Assembly (NCBI GenBank): GCA_965116145.1
Contig: OZ220482.1
Coordinates: 1,800,850 to 1,864,849 of the forward strand
Direction of reading: 5' to 3'
DNA from: Thermoanaerobaculia bacterium
Lineage (GTDB): Bacteria > Acidobacteriota > Thermoanaerobaculia > Multivoradales > Multivoraceae
DNA length: 64,000 bases
In this document: positions 1 to 8,855 of the stretch, piece after piece
Layout: each line of letters begins with the position of its first letter
How positions within the stretch are numbered: the first letter of the stretch is position 1
Made by a program: the position numbers and the translations under genes
Notes under the pieces: generated by a model
The model's database searches: none
Told to the model about the DNA's origin: nothing
Seen by the model: the letters and a program-made list of their open reading frames with translations, nothing else

Positions 1-347
1 TGAACTCGGACGATGCGATCCGCAAGCTGCGACGACAACGGGAGAGCCCGGACGCCGCGGCGACGAAGGACCGGAACGAGGCGAAGAAGAAGCGGCAGGA
101 GCTCCGCGACAAGCTCCTCCTCTTCCTGTGCAGGGTGCCGCTCTTCATGTACCTGACCGACTTCCGCGAAGAGACGCTGTCCGACGTCATCCGCCGGGTC
201 GAGACGCCGCTCTTCATCAAGGTGACCGGGCTGCAGCTCGAGCACTTCGACCAGCTCTGCAAGATCGGCGTGTTCAACGAACGGGCGCTCAACGGATCGA
301 TCTACGCCTTCCGGCAGCAGGAGAAGGCGCACCTGATCGCACCGTGA
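1..347 (+). CDS. 3' end of a larger ORF entering from upstream of the window; function not recognised
   Basis: Frame 3 is open from nt 3 to the TGA at 345-347; track ORF 135..347 is its tail. GC-rich third codon positions and a K/R/E-rich stretch followed by an amphipathic tail look like real coding sequence. Convergent with cimA. Confidence 0.45.
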   Translation, partial: NSDDAIRKLRRQRESPDAAATKDRNEAKKKRQELRDKLLLFLCRVPLFMYLTDFREETLSDVIRRVETPLFIKVTGLQLEHFDQLCKIGVFNERALNGSIYAFRQQEKAHLIAP

Positions 348-393
348 GAGCCGTCCGGGGGCGCCGCCCTTGCGGGCAGCGGCCCTCAGGTCG

Positions 394-1980
394 TCAGTCC
401 GTCAGGCCGTATTCGATCGCGTCGGAGAGTGCTTCCCAGCTTGCCTCGATGATGTTCGTGCCGGCGCCGACGGTGGTCCAGCGTCTGCCGCAGGCGACGA
501 AGTCCACGAGCACGCGTGTGACGGCGGCCGTGCCTTGGGCGCTGTCGAGAATGCGGACCTTGTAGTCGGCCAGGCGCATGCCGGACAGTTGCGGGTAGTG
601 CGGCTCGAGCCCCTTGCGCAGCGCATGCGCCAGGGCATTGACGGGTCCGTTGCCCTCCGCCGCGGTATGCACGACGGCGCCGCCCGGAACCTCGACCTTG
701 ACCGTCGCTTCGGCGACCAGACCGCGGCCGTCGCGGTGTTCGACGACCGTCAGGAAGTCGATCAGGCGGAACGGCGCCTCGTAACCGGGCTCGGCCCGAC
801 GCAGCATGAGCTGGACGGACGCCTCGGCGGCCTCGAAGCTGTAGCCGCGGTTCTCCAGGTCCTTGACCTTGTGCAGCACTTCGCGTGCGTACGGCGTCTC
901 GGCCATCCCGGCGCCGGCGGCGAGATGGACGATGTTGCCGCGGCCGGAGAGTTCGGAGACCACGGCGCGCATCTCGTTGCCCACCCGTTCGGGCGCCAGA
1001 TGCTGATAGCTCGCCGGTTCCTTGAGCATCGCGGCGACGTGGACGCCGCCCTTGTGGGCGAAGGCGCTCCGGCCGACGTACGGCAGGTGGTCGTCGTGAG
1101 CGATGTTCGCGACTTCCGCAACGTAGCGCGACAGGGCGGTCAGCTCCCGAAGGCGCTCCTCGGGAACACAGAGGCAACCCATCTTGCACTGGAGGTCCGG
1201 CAGGATCGTCACCAGATTCGCGTTCGCGACCCGCTCGCCGTAGCCGTTGATCGTGCCCTGGACCATCGCCGCCCCGGCGCGCACGGCCGCAAGCGAATTG
1301 GCCACACCGCAGCCGCCGTCGTCGTGCGTGTGGATACCGACCCGCACTCCGGCGCCGAGTTCGGCCCGCACCGCCCTGACACCAGCCTCGATCTGCCACG
1401 GCAGCGAGCCGCCGTTCGTGTCGCAGAGGACGAGGACATCGGCGCCGGCCGACGCCGCAGCGCGCAGCGTGCCGAGGGCGCACTCCGGATTGGCGGCGAA
1501 GCCGTCGAAGAAGTGCTCGGCGTCGTAGATCACCTCGCGGCCCTTGTCCTTGAGATAGCCGACCGAGTCGCGGATCATCGCCTCGTTCTCGGTGAGATCC
1601 GTCTCCAGCACCTTCTCGACATGGAGATCCCAGCTCTTGCCGAAGATCGTCACCACCGGCGTTTCCGCCGCCACCAGCGCCTGGATGTTGCCGTCGCGGG
1701 CGCAGGCGCCGTGCTTGCGCCGCGTGCTCCCGAACGCGCAGATCCTCGTCTGCTCGAGTTCGACCTCGCGGATCGCGACGAAGAAGTCCGCGTCCTTGGG
1801 GTTCGAACCGGGCCAGCCGCACTCGATGTAGGGGATGCCGAAGGCGTCCAGCCGGCGGGCGATCGCCAGCTTGTCGGCAAGCGACAGGGAGATGTTCTCG
1901 CGCTGGGTCCCGTCGCGCAGCGTCGTGTCGTACAGATCGATCCTGACCCCGGACTCGGTCCCGGCTGTCATCGCCTGCAT
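394..1980 (-). CDS. cimA: (R)-citramalate synthase (long-form LeuA/HMGL-like family)
   Basis: Track ORF 394..2331 trimmed to the ATG at 1980-1978 (MQAMTAGTES), which is preceded by AGGAAG/GGAGG. IDLYDTTLRDGTQ, GIPYIECGWPGSNPKDADFF and HTHDDGGCGVANSLAAV match the citramalate-synthase branch (GTQ rather than the GEQ seen in leuA at 25535). A C-terminal LeuA-dimer-like domain is present. Confidence 0.85.
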   Translation of the reverse strand: MQAMTAGTESGVRIDLYDTTLRDGTQRENISLSLADKLAIARRLDAFGIPYIECGWPGSNPKDADFFVAIREVELEQTRICAFGSTRRKHGACARDGNIQALVAAETPVVTIFGKSWDLHVEKVLETDLTENEAMIRDSVGYLKDKGREVIYDAEHFFDGFAANPECALGTLRAAASAGADVLVLCDTNGGSLPWQIEAGVRAVRAELGAGVRVGIHTHDDGGCGVANSLAAVRAGAAMVQGTINGYGERVANANLVTILPDLQCKMGCLCVPEERLRELTALSRYVAEVANIAHDDHLPYVGRSAFAHKGGVHVAAMLKEPASYQHLAPERVGNEMRAVVSELSGRGNIVHLAAGAGMAETPYAREVLHKVKDLENRGYSFEAAEASVQLMLRRAEPGYEAPFRLIDFLTVVEHRDGRGLVAEATVKVEVPGGAVVHTAAEGNGPVNALAHALRKGLEPHYPQLSGMRLADYKVRILDSAQGTAAVTRVLVDFVACGRRWTTVGAGTNIIEASWEALSDAIEYGLTD

Positions 1981-1997
1981 GCCCTCCGTCTTCCTGC

Positions 1998-4937
1998 TCA
2001 CATCGGCTCTCCGAGACCCGGCCCCTGCAGCAGCTCGATCAGCTCCTGGCGCGAGAAGATCTTCTTGAGCCTGGGGTCGTCCTCCTGCACCACGCTCTCC
2101 ATGAGTCGTCGCTTGCGGGCGATCATCGCGGCGATGCGCTCCTCCAGCGTTTCCTCGGTGATCAGCTTGAACACGTGCACCGCGCGCTTCTGGCCGATCC
2201 GGTGCAGCCGGTCGGTCGCCTGATCCTCGCGCGCGGCATTCCACCAGCGGTCGTAGTGAATGACAACCGAGCCGCCGACGAGATCGATGCCGGTGCCGCC
2301 CGCCTTCAGGCTGCCCAGGAAGACACGGCATTCGTCGTCGTGGTTGAACCGATCGACCACCCTGCCGCGCTGGCGGGTCGAACCCGTCAGGGTGACGAAC
2401 TCGACGCCGAGCTTCTTCAGGTGGCGTTCCAGGATCCCGATCATGCCCAGGTACTGGCTGAAGACGACGACCTTCTGGCCGCTGTCTAAGCTCTCTTCAA
2501 GCAGTTCCTTGCACAGGTCCCACTTGCCCGATTCGTAGTTCTCGTAACGGTCGAGGTCGTTCACCGCCAGCGCGGGATGATCGCAGATCTGCTTCAGCAT
2601 GTTCAGCAGCGCGAAGACATGGATGTACGGCAGGGCGCCCTGCTCGCTCCGCAGCGCGTTCACCAGGGCCGCACCCTTCGTTTCGATCGTCTGTCGATAG
2701 AGACCGAACTGCTCGGCGCTCAGGCGGCAGGTGCGCACGTCCTCTATCTTCTCCGGCAGCTCGTCGAGCACCGCCGTCTTCACCCGGCGGAGCACGAAGG
2801 GGGCGGTCAACCGCCGCAGGTTCACCGCGTACCACGAGTCGGCATCGAGTTCGTTCGTCCCGACGAGATCGACACAGGTGTCGTCGTCGCCCAGGTAGCC
2901 CGGCAGCACAAGGTCGAACAGGCCCTTCAGCTCGGTGAGCGCGTTCTCGATCGGCGTGCCGGTCAACCCCAGCTTCATGCGCGCCCTGAGCGCCGCGGCG
3001 GCGCGGTAACCCTGGGTGCTCCGGTTCTTGATCTGCTGCACCTCGTCGAACACGACGAGTCCCCAGCGCCGCTCGCGGAAACGGTCGACGTCGTTGCGCA
3101 TGACGCCGTACGACGTGAGGATCACGTCGCCTTCGGCCAGGGACTCTTCGAGGTCGCGTTGCGGTCCGTGGTAGTGCGCCGGGCATAACCCGGGTGCGTA
3201 CTCCCGAAGCTTGTTGCGCCAGTGGCTAATGACCGTGCGGGGGCAAACGACCAGAATCGGCTCGTCAACTCCCAACTGCTCCCGCAGGATGACCATCAGC
3301 GCCATTGCCTGGTGGGTCTTGCCCAGACCCATGTCGTCGCACAGAAGACCGGCCAGGTCATTCTCGTACAGGAACTTCAGCCACTCGACACCGAGCCGCT
3401 GGTAGGGGCGCAGGACGCTGGCAAGACCGTCGGGATCGATCATCGGATCGGCCGGCCGGAGCTCCAGGAAGCGGCGCAGGAACTCCTGCCGACTGCCCTC
3501 CCCTTCGATCCGGATCGGCGCCGTGCTCGAGGCCTGAAGCCGCAGCAGTTCAGCAGACGACAGCCGAACGCCTGCGGAGCTGCCGTTGCCGCCGGAGTCC
3601 TCGACGCCGGCTTTCTCCCGGGCCGGCAGCGACCCGAGAGTCCGCAGCGCCGGCGCATTGAGGTCGATCCAGCCCGACGCTGTCTCGAGCCAGGGGAGGC
3701 CCGCGCTCTTCGCCGCCAGCAACTCCTCGAGGCTCACGTCGCCGTTGCCGAAGCCGTAGCGGATCGAAAGCGACTCGTCTTCTTCCGGCTCGATCTCGAT
3801 GTAGTCGAACTCGGTCAGGAGGCCGAAGGCGGCGAGCGGGTTCCGGGTCAGTTCCGAGACGGGCTCAGCCACCGGCGCCGCGATCCGAAGGATCGGAATC
3901 CGCGCCTGGTGGAGGTCGAGAGCCGCAGGCTCGGACCAGTCGACGGCGCTACGGGCCGAGCGCCGCACGAGCACCTGCAGCTCTTCGAGAAAGACCAGCT
4001 CGCCGTACCTGAAGCGTTCGCGCCGCTCCTGGTCGAGAGTCTCCTCGCCCTCCGCGGCAAGGCGCAGGACATCGAGCTCGTGCTCCGCCTCGATCCGCGT
4101 GTCCGGCCCGACGTAGAAGAGATCGGCAGTGGAGAGAGGGACTGCCGACGCCTGCCCCGTCTCCGTGAGGAAGTCCAGCGCCGCGGCTGCTCGCCGCCGC
4201 GGAACGGCCACCTGAAGCAGCGCCGGACCGCCCGAGACCGTGCGGACCGTCAGGAACAGAGTGCCGCTCGCAAGTTCGACTGCCGGCTCGAGCTGAACCG
4301 TGGCCGGGGCCGTCCCGGAACTGCCGCCCGGAATGTCGCCGTACTCTCGCAGCGCGTGGTACGCCACCCGGTACCAGAGACTGCCCTCGAAGAACTGCCG
4401 GTTCGTCTGCATGCCGGCCTTGTTCAGGTGCTGTTCCTCGGGCGTCCGCATGAAGGTCGAAAGCCGCTCCAGCAGACCCGACCGATCCCCGGTCGACACA
4501 CCGTCCGCCAACTTGCCGACCTGTTCAAGAAAGCGAAGCGCGGCCGGCGCCAGCTCCAGGTAGCGAAGCACCTCCACTCCGTCGGGTGAGAAGAGACGGA
4601 TCGGCTCCCTGGCCCCGTCCTGCAGCACCAGACATTCCGACGCCGCCGTCAGCCGTTCCTCGAACAGCGTCCGAGCCAGCCGGAACCAGCCGCTGCGAGC
4701 GAAGAGGTCGCCCCAACTGCATCCCGCAGCCTCGTGCAGCTCGCCGATCTGATCCTCGAGCTGCTTGAGGTGGCGACAGCCGCTGCGACGTCCCGTGGAG
4801 CAACTGCAGAACGTCAGCGGCCGCTTCGACCCGGCCACCCCGGCGAGATGAACCGCCGAACCGGGCTCCGGATCGTGGGGGTCGGGAAGCAGGCCAACGC
4901 CAGTGCGATGGAACTCGAGGCGTGGAAACAGCTTCAC
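1998..4937 (-). CDS. SNF2-family helicase with N-terminal SWIM zinc finger
   Basis: GTG start at 4937. SWIM signature C-x-C-x7-C-x-H (FCSCSTGRRSGCRH). SNF2 motif I LCDDMGLGKTHQ and motif II VFDEVQQIKN. Helicase-C block LKAGGTGIDL...DRWWNAAREDQATDRLHRIGQ. The stop at 1998-2000 is 17 nt upstream of the cimA start. Confidence 0.85.
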   Translation of the reverse strand: MKLFPRLEFHRTGVGLLPDPHDPEPGSAVHLAGVAGSKRPLTFCSCSTGRRSGCRHLKQLEDQIGELHEAAGCSWGDLFARSGWFRLARTLFEERLTAASECLVLQDGAREPIRLFSPDGVEVLRYLELAPAALRFLEQVGKLADGVSTGDRSGLLERLSTFMRTPEEQHLNKAGMQTNRQFFEGSLWYRVAYHALREYGDIPGGSSGTAPATVQLEPAVELASGTLFLTVRTVSGGPALLQVAVPRRRAAAALDFLTETGQASAVPLSTADLFYVGPDTRIEAEHELDVLRLAAEGEETLDQERRERFRYGELVFLEELQVLVRRSARSAVDWSEPAALDLHQARIPILRIAAPVAEPVSELTRNPLAAFGLLTEFDYIEIEPEEDESLSIRYGFGNGDVSLEELLAAKSAGLPWLETASGWIDLNAPALRTLGSLPAREKAGVEDSGGNGSSAGVRLSSAELLRLQASSTAPIRIEGEGSRQEFLRRFLELRPADPMIDPDGLASVLRPYQRLGVEWLKFLYENDLAGLLCDDMGLGKTHQAMALMVILREQLGVDEPILVVCPRTVISHWRNKLREYAPGLCPAHYHGPQRDLEESLAEGDVILTSYGVMRNDVDRFRERRWGLVVFDEVQQIKNRSTQGYRAAAALRARMKLGLTGTPIENALTELKGLFDLVLPGYLGDDDTCVDLVGTNELDADSWYAVNLRRLTAPFVLRRVKTAVLDELPEKIEDVRTCRLSAEQFGLYRQTIETKGAALVNALRSEQGALPYIHVFALLNMLKQICDHPALAVNDLDRYENYESGKWDLCKELLEESLDSGQKVVVFSQYLGMIGILERHLKKLGVEFVTLTGSTRQRGRVVDRFNHDDECRVFLGSLKAGGTGIDLVGGSVVIHYDRWWNAAREDQATDRLHRIGQKRAVHVFKLITEETLEERIAAMIARKRRLMESVVQEDDPRLKKIFSRQELIELLQGPGLGEPM

Positions 4938-5205
4938 GGCCGTCGTCGCAATGCACGCATAAACGCTCGACTATACCGCCGTTTCGCCGAGGCAGTGTCG
5001 GTCCTGACGCCGGATCTTCGGGGCACGAACGGCGGCGCGGCCCGACGGTCAGCGCAACGCGCCGCCCTCCGACTCCGCCCGAACAGCGGTCCGGCGCCCG
5101 TCGATGCAGGCCAGGCGCGGACTGCGGCGCTGGCGCGCCCGCCGCAGACCCGGGCGTGCAACGTCCGCTCTGCACGTCCGCAGGTATCCACCGGATCGCG
5201 CGACA

Positions 5206-5235
5206 TTGACGGCGCCGGTCTTCGTTCTGCATAGT
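5206..5235 (+). promoter_or_regulatory. Candidate sigma70-type promoter for the 5276-20531 operon
   Basis: TTGACG (5206-5211), an 18-nt spacer, then CATAGT (5230-5235), about 40 nt upstream of the ATG at 5276. Pattern match only. Confidence 0.25.
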
Positions 5236-5275
5236 GCCCGCGAGATGGACGGCACGAATGGAAGCGAGCGATTGA

Positions 5276-8200
5276 ATGGCTGAACATCCTCTTGCCGAGC
5301 ACATTGGTGATCACGTGTCCTTCGCCGGACACTTCGACACGCCCGTCGTGCTGGAGGATGTCCGCCCGCTGGGAGCGCACGGATCTTCTGGCTACGAGTG
5401 TCGAGTCCGTCTACCCGATGGCGCTCTCGAGGAGACGATCATCTCCCAGGACGAGGCGGCTGCGATTCTAGGAACGAAGTCGACCGCAGAGAAGGCCGCG
5501 CCACGGCCTGCGGACGCTGGAAGGCTGCGGCTTCTCGTCGAGTCCACCCGAATCCGACTGGCCTACGCCCACGACCGCCAGTTCGCGGTCAGCCTGTCCG
5601 GCATCCGCACCCTGCCCCATCAGATCGAAGCGGTCTACCTGAGGATGCTCCCCCAGCCCCGCCTGAGGTTTCTTCTCGCAGACGACCCTGGCGCCGGCAA
5701 GACAATCATGGCGGGTCTCCTGATCAAGGAGCTCAAGCTGCGTGAGGCCATCGAGCGCTGTCTGATCCTCGTTCCCGCCCCGCTGACCATCCAGTGGCAG
5801 GACGAACTGCTGCGTTTCTTCAACGAGCCGTTCCAGATCGTCCATTCCGCGAACGACCAGCAGCAGCTCCTGAACCTGTGGGAGCGGGAGCGGCAGATCA
5901 TCGCGTCCATCGACTACGCCAAACAGGACAACGTCCGCGAGCGCGTCTGGCAGCAACGGTGGGATCTCGTCATCATCGACGAAGCGCACAAATGCAGCGC
6001 CTACACGAAGCGATCTGCGAGTCGCGACGACGTCGAGCGAACCAGGCGCTACCAGCTCGCTGAACGGCTCTCGGAGCAGTGCGACAGCCTGTTGCTCCTG
6101 ACCGCCACACCGCACCACGGCGACGACGACCGCTTCGCCCACTTCATCCGTCTGCTGGACCGCGACGTGTTTCCCGAGCCGCACCGATTGCGCGAGGACG
6201 CCGGACGCATCCGCCGGGACGTTCTGAAACTCGGTGCTGACTGTCCCTGGTCACTGCGCCGTCTCAAGGAAGACCTGAAGGACATGCGCGGCGGGCGGCT
6301 GTTCCCGGATCGTCACGTCCGGACGGTCAGTTTCGCACTGGGCCCGGACGAATACACGATCTACAAGGCGGTCACTGCCTACATCAACGAGTTTTTGCCG
6401 CAGGTGACGGGACGACGCAAGAACAGCGTCGCGCTCGCCCGCACCGTGTTCCAGAGGCGCCTCGCGAGTTCCACCCGGGCGATCCACCAGTCGCTGATCC
6501 GACGACGCCAGAAGCTCGACGACCTCCTTCGCGAACTCGACAGCCTCTCACCTGCTCAGCGTGTTCACCGGCTCACCCAACTTCGAGGCCAGCTCTCCGA
6601 CGCCGAACAGGACGAGGAGGATCTGGACGAGGCAACGCGCGATGCGCTGATCGACGAGGCGACATCGGCAGTCGAGCTCGAGCAACTGGGCGCGGAGCTC
6701 ACAGAACTGGCGGACCTCGTGGCGCGGGTCGGGCGGGTTCGCGAGGCCGGACGCGACTCCAAGCTGGTCGCGCTGCGCGAGTGTCTCCAGCGCTCTGAGT
6801 TCGATGAACTGCAGGACGGTCGCGGCAAGCTGCTGGTCTTCACCGAACACCGGGATACGCTTGATCACCTGCGAGAACACCTTGAAGAGTGGGGCTATTC
6901 GACCTGCCGGATTCACGGCGGCATGAACCCACGCGAACGCAAGACAGCGCAGGAGGACTTCAGAACGAGCCGCCAGATCTGCGTGGCGACCGAAGCGGCG
7001 GGAGAGGGCATCAACCTCCAGTTCTGCCACCTGATGATCAACTACGACCTGCCATGGAACCCCACACGCCTCGAACAACGCCTGGGGCGTATTCACCGCA
7101 TCGGACAGACGCGCGACGTGTGTGCGTTCAACTTCGTGGCGACGGCATCGGAGGACGGTCAGCCGGTCATCGAGGGCCGGATTCTCGAACGGCTCCTGAG
7201 CAAACTCGACCTCATGCGGGATGCCCTTGGCGACCGGGTGTTCGACGTCGTCGGCGAAGTGCTCTCGCTGAACAAGGTCAACCTCCCCGACATGCTCCGC
7301 GAGGTTGCCTATGAGCCACGGCGGCTGGACGACTACCTCGACGCGATCGACCGCATCGACCCCGATGTCCTCGATCGCTATGAAGAAGCGACCGGGATCG
7401 CGTTGGCGCGCGGCCACGTGGACTTCTCGGCATTCGCCGAGGCCAATCTGGAAGCCGAGGAACGACGGCTCATGCCACGCTATGTCGAGTCGCACTTCGT
7501 GAACGCCGCCCGGGCGGTCGGCCTGCGCGTGGACGCCCGTGCGGATGGGCTCTGGAGGATCGAGCACGTGCGGGCGGATCTGCGCTCCGAGCGCCTCGCT
7601 GCCGTACGGCGCCTCGGCCCACCGGAACTCAGCTACCGCAAGCTGACCTTCTACAAGGAGCACCTGGAGCAGGACCAGCACCTTGATGCTGTTCTCCTCG
7701 GCCCGGGCCATCCGGTCTATGCCGCCGTGGACGAGACGCTGAACGAACTCCTGAAGGACATCGAGAGCCGAACGGGCGTCTACGTCGACCCGCAGGCTTC
7801 CGCGCCCTATCGCGTGCACTTCTTCGACATCGCGGTACGGGGCCAGACCACGAACGGGGAGGCGACAACCATTCTTGCCGAGCTCGTGGCCGTCCGCGAG
7901 GAAACGGCCGAAGCCGTCACTGCAACCGAGCGGTTCAGGCTCGTTCCTGCGGACCTCCTCATCGACCTTCCTGACCACCCGAATCCGCCCGACACGCTTC
8001 CGACGGCCGAGCATGGACCGGCCAGCGACTTCGTCAAGACAACGGTGCAGATGGACCGGCGCAACACCGCCAGCGACGAGCGCGGTCACTACGCGGACAT
8101 TGCCCACGATTACCTCCTGAGGTCCTTCGACGTTCGCGTGCGGGCGGCGCAGGACCGGGTAATGCGGTTGAAGGGCCGGGAAGCGAACGAGCCCGAGGTT

Positions 8201-8821
8201 GCCCTGGCGCGTCAGCGTGCAGAACGGGATCTGACCGACCTTCAGCGCACCCGGCAAGAGAGGCTTGCTGGCATGAAACGGCTTCGCGTGGCGCGGCATG
8301 GCCCGGCGCGCCACGTCGCAAGTTGCCTCGTGTTGCCGCCGGATAACGCCGGCGGCGGTCTCTCCGACCTCGCCGAAGAGCAAGATGCGGGGTTGAAGCG
8401 CCGCGTCGAGCTCGCAGCGGAGGACATTGTCGTCGCCTACGAAGAGGCCCGAGGTCGTTCGTGCGAGCGTGTAGGGCATCTGAAGATCGGTTTCGACATC
8501 CGCAGCCTGGCAGCACCGGATCCGCAGACTGGCTATCGAGATCCGGTCGACGGAGTGCGGCGTATCGAGGTCAAGGGTCGGCGGCGGGGTCAACCGATCC
8601 GACTGACCACGAACGAGTGGTACAAGGCGCAGCAGCTCGGCGACACCTACTGGCTCTACGTCGTGTGGGATCCGCTCGACAACGCGCACTCGGATCCCGT
8701 CCTGATCCAGAACCCCGCCAAGCATCTCGACTACGCCAAGAAGGAGGTCATCGCGGCGCGCTACTACGACATTCCGGCAGGCGCGATCGAACAGGCAGCG
8801 CAAACCGGAAACGCCCGATGA
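5276..8821 (+). CDS. SNF2/DEAD-like helicase with C-terminal DUF3883 (PD-(D/E)xK-like) domain
   Basis: Motif I LADDPGAGKTIMAG, motif II VIIDEAHK and TATPHHG. Helicase-C ATEAAGEGINLQ...YDLPWNPTRLEQRLGRIHRIGQ. C-terminal GFDIRS...RRIEVKGRR...LTTNEWYKA...YWLYVVW matches the DUF3883 restriction-endonuclease-fold module. Confidence 0.85.
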   Translation: MAEHPLAEHIGDHVSFAGHFDTPVVLEDVRPLGAHGSSGYECRVRLPDGALEETIISQDEAAAILGTKSTAEKAAPRPADAGRLRLLVESTRIRLAYAHDRQFAVSLSGIRTLPHQIEAVYLRMLPQPRLRFLLADDPGAGKTIMAGLLIKELKLREAIERCLILVPAPLTIQWQDELLRFFNEPFQIVHSANDQQQLLNLWERERQIIASIDYAKQDNVRERVWQQRWDLVIIDEAHKCSAYTKRSASRDDVERTRRYQLAERLSEQCDSLLLLTATPHHGDDDRFAHFIRLLDRDVFPEPHRLREDAGRIRRDVLKLGADCPWSLRRLKEDLKDMRGGRLFPDRHVRTVSFALGPDEYTIYKAVTAYINEFLPQVTGRRKNSVALARTVFQRRLASSTRAIHQSLIRRRQKLDDLLRELDSLSPAQRVHRLTQLRGQLSDAEQDEEDLDEATRDALIDEATSAVELEQLGAELTELADLVARVGRVREAGRDSKLVALRECLQRSEFDELQDGRGKLLVFTEHRDTLDHLREHLEEWGYSTCRIHGGMNPRERKTAQEDFRTSRQICVATEAAGEGINLQFCHLMINYDLPWNPTRLEQRLGRIHRIGQTRDVCAFNFVATASEDGQPVIEGRILERLLSKLDLMRDALGDRVFDVVGEVLSLNKVNLPDMLREVAYEPRRLDDYLDAIDRIDPDVLDRYEEATGIALARGHVDFSAFAEANLEAEERRLMPRYVESHFVNAARAVGLRVDARADGLWRIEHVRADLRSERLAAVRRLGPPELSYRKLTFYKEHLEQDQHLDAVLLGPGHPVYAAVDETLNELLKDIESRTGVYVDPQASAPYRVHFFDIAVRGQTTNGEATTILAELVAVREETAEAVTATERFRLVPADLLIDLPDHPNPPDTLPTAEHGPASDFVKTTVQMDRRNTASDERGHYADIAHDYLLRSFDVRVRAAQDRVMRLKGREANEPEVALARQRAERDLTDLQRTRQERLAGMKRLRVARHGPARHVASCLVLPPDNAGGGLSDLAEEQDAGLKRRVELAAEDIVVAYEEARGRSCERVGHLKIGFDIRSLAAPDPQTGYRDPVDGVRRIEVKGRRRGQPIRLTTNEWYKAQQLGDTYWLYVVWDPLDNAHSDPVLIQNPAKHLDYAKKEVIAARYYDIPAGAIEQAAQTGNAR

Positions 8822-8855
8822 CCCGGCCGCGCTACAGCGCCAGAGACTGCCCGAC

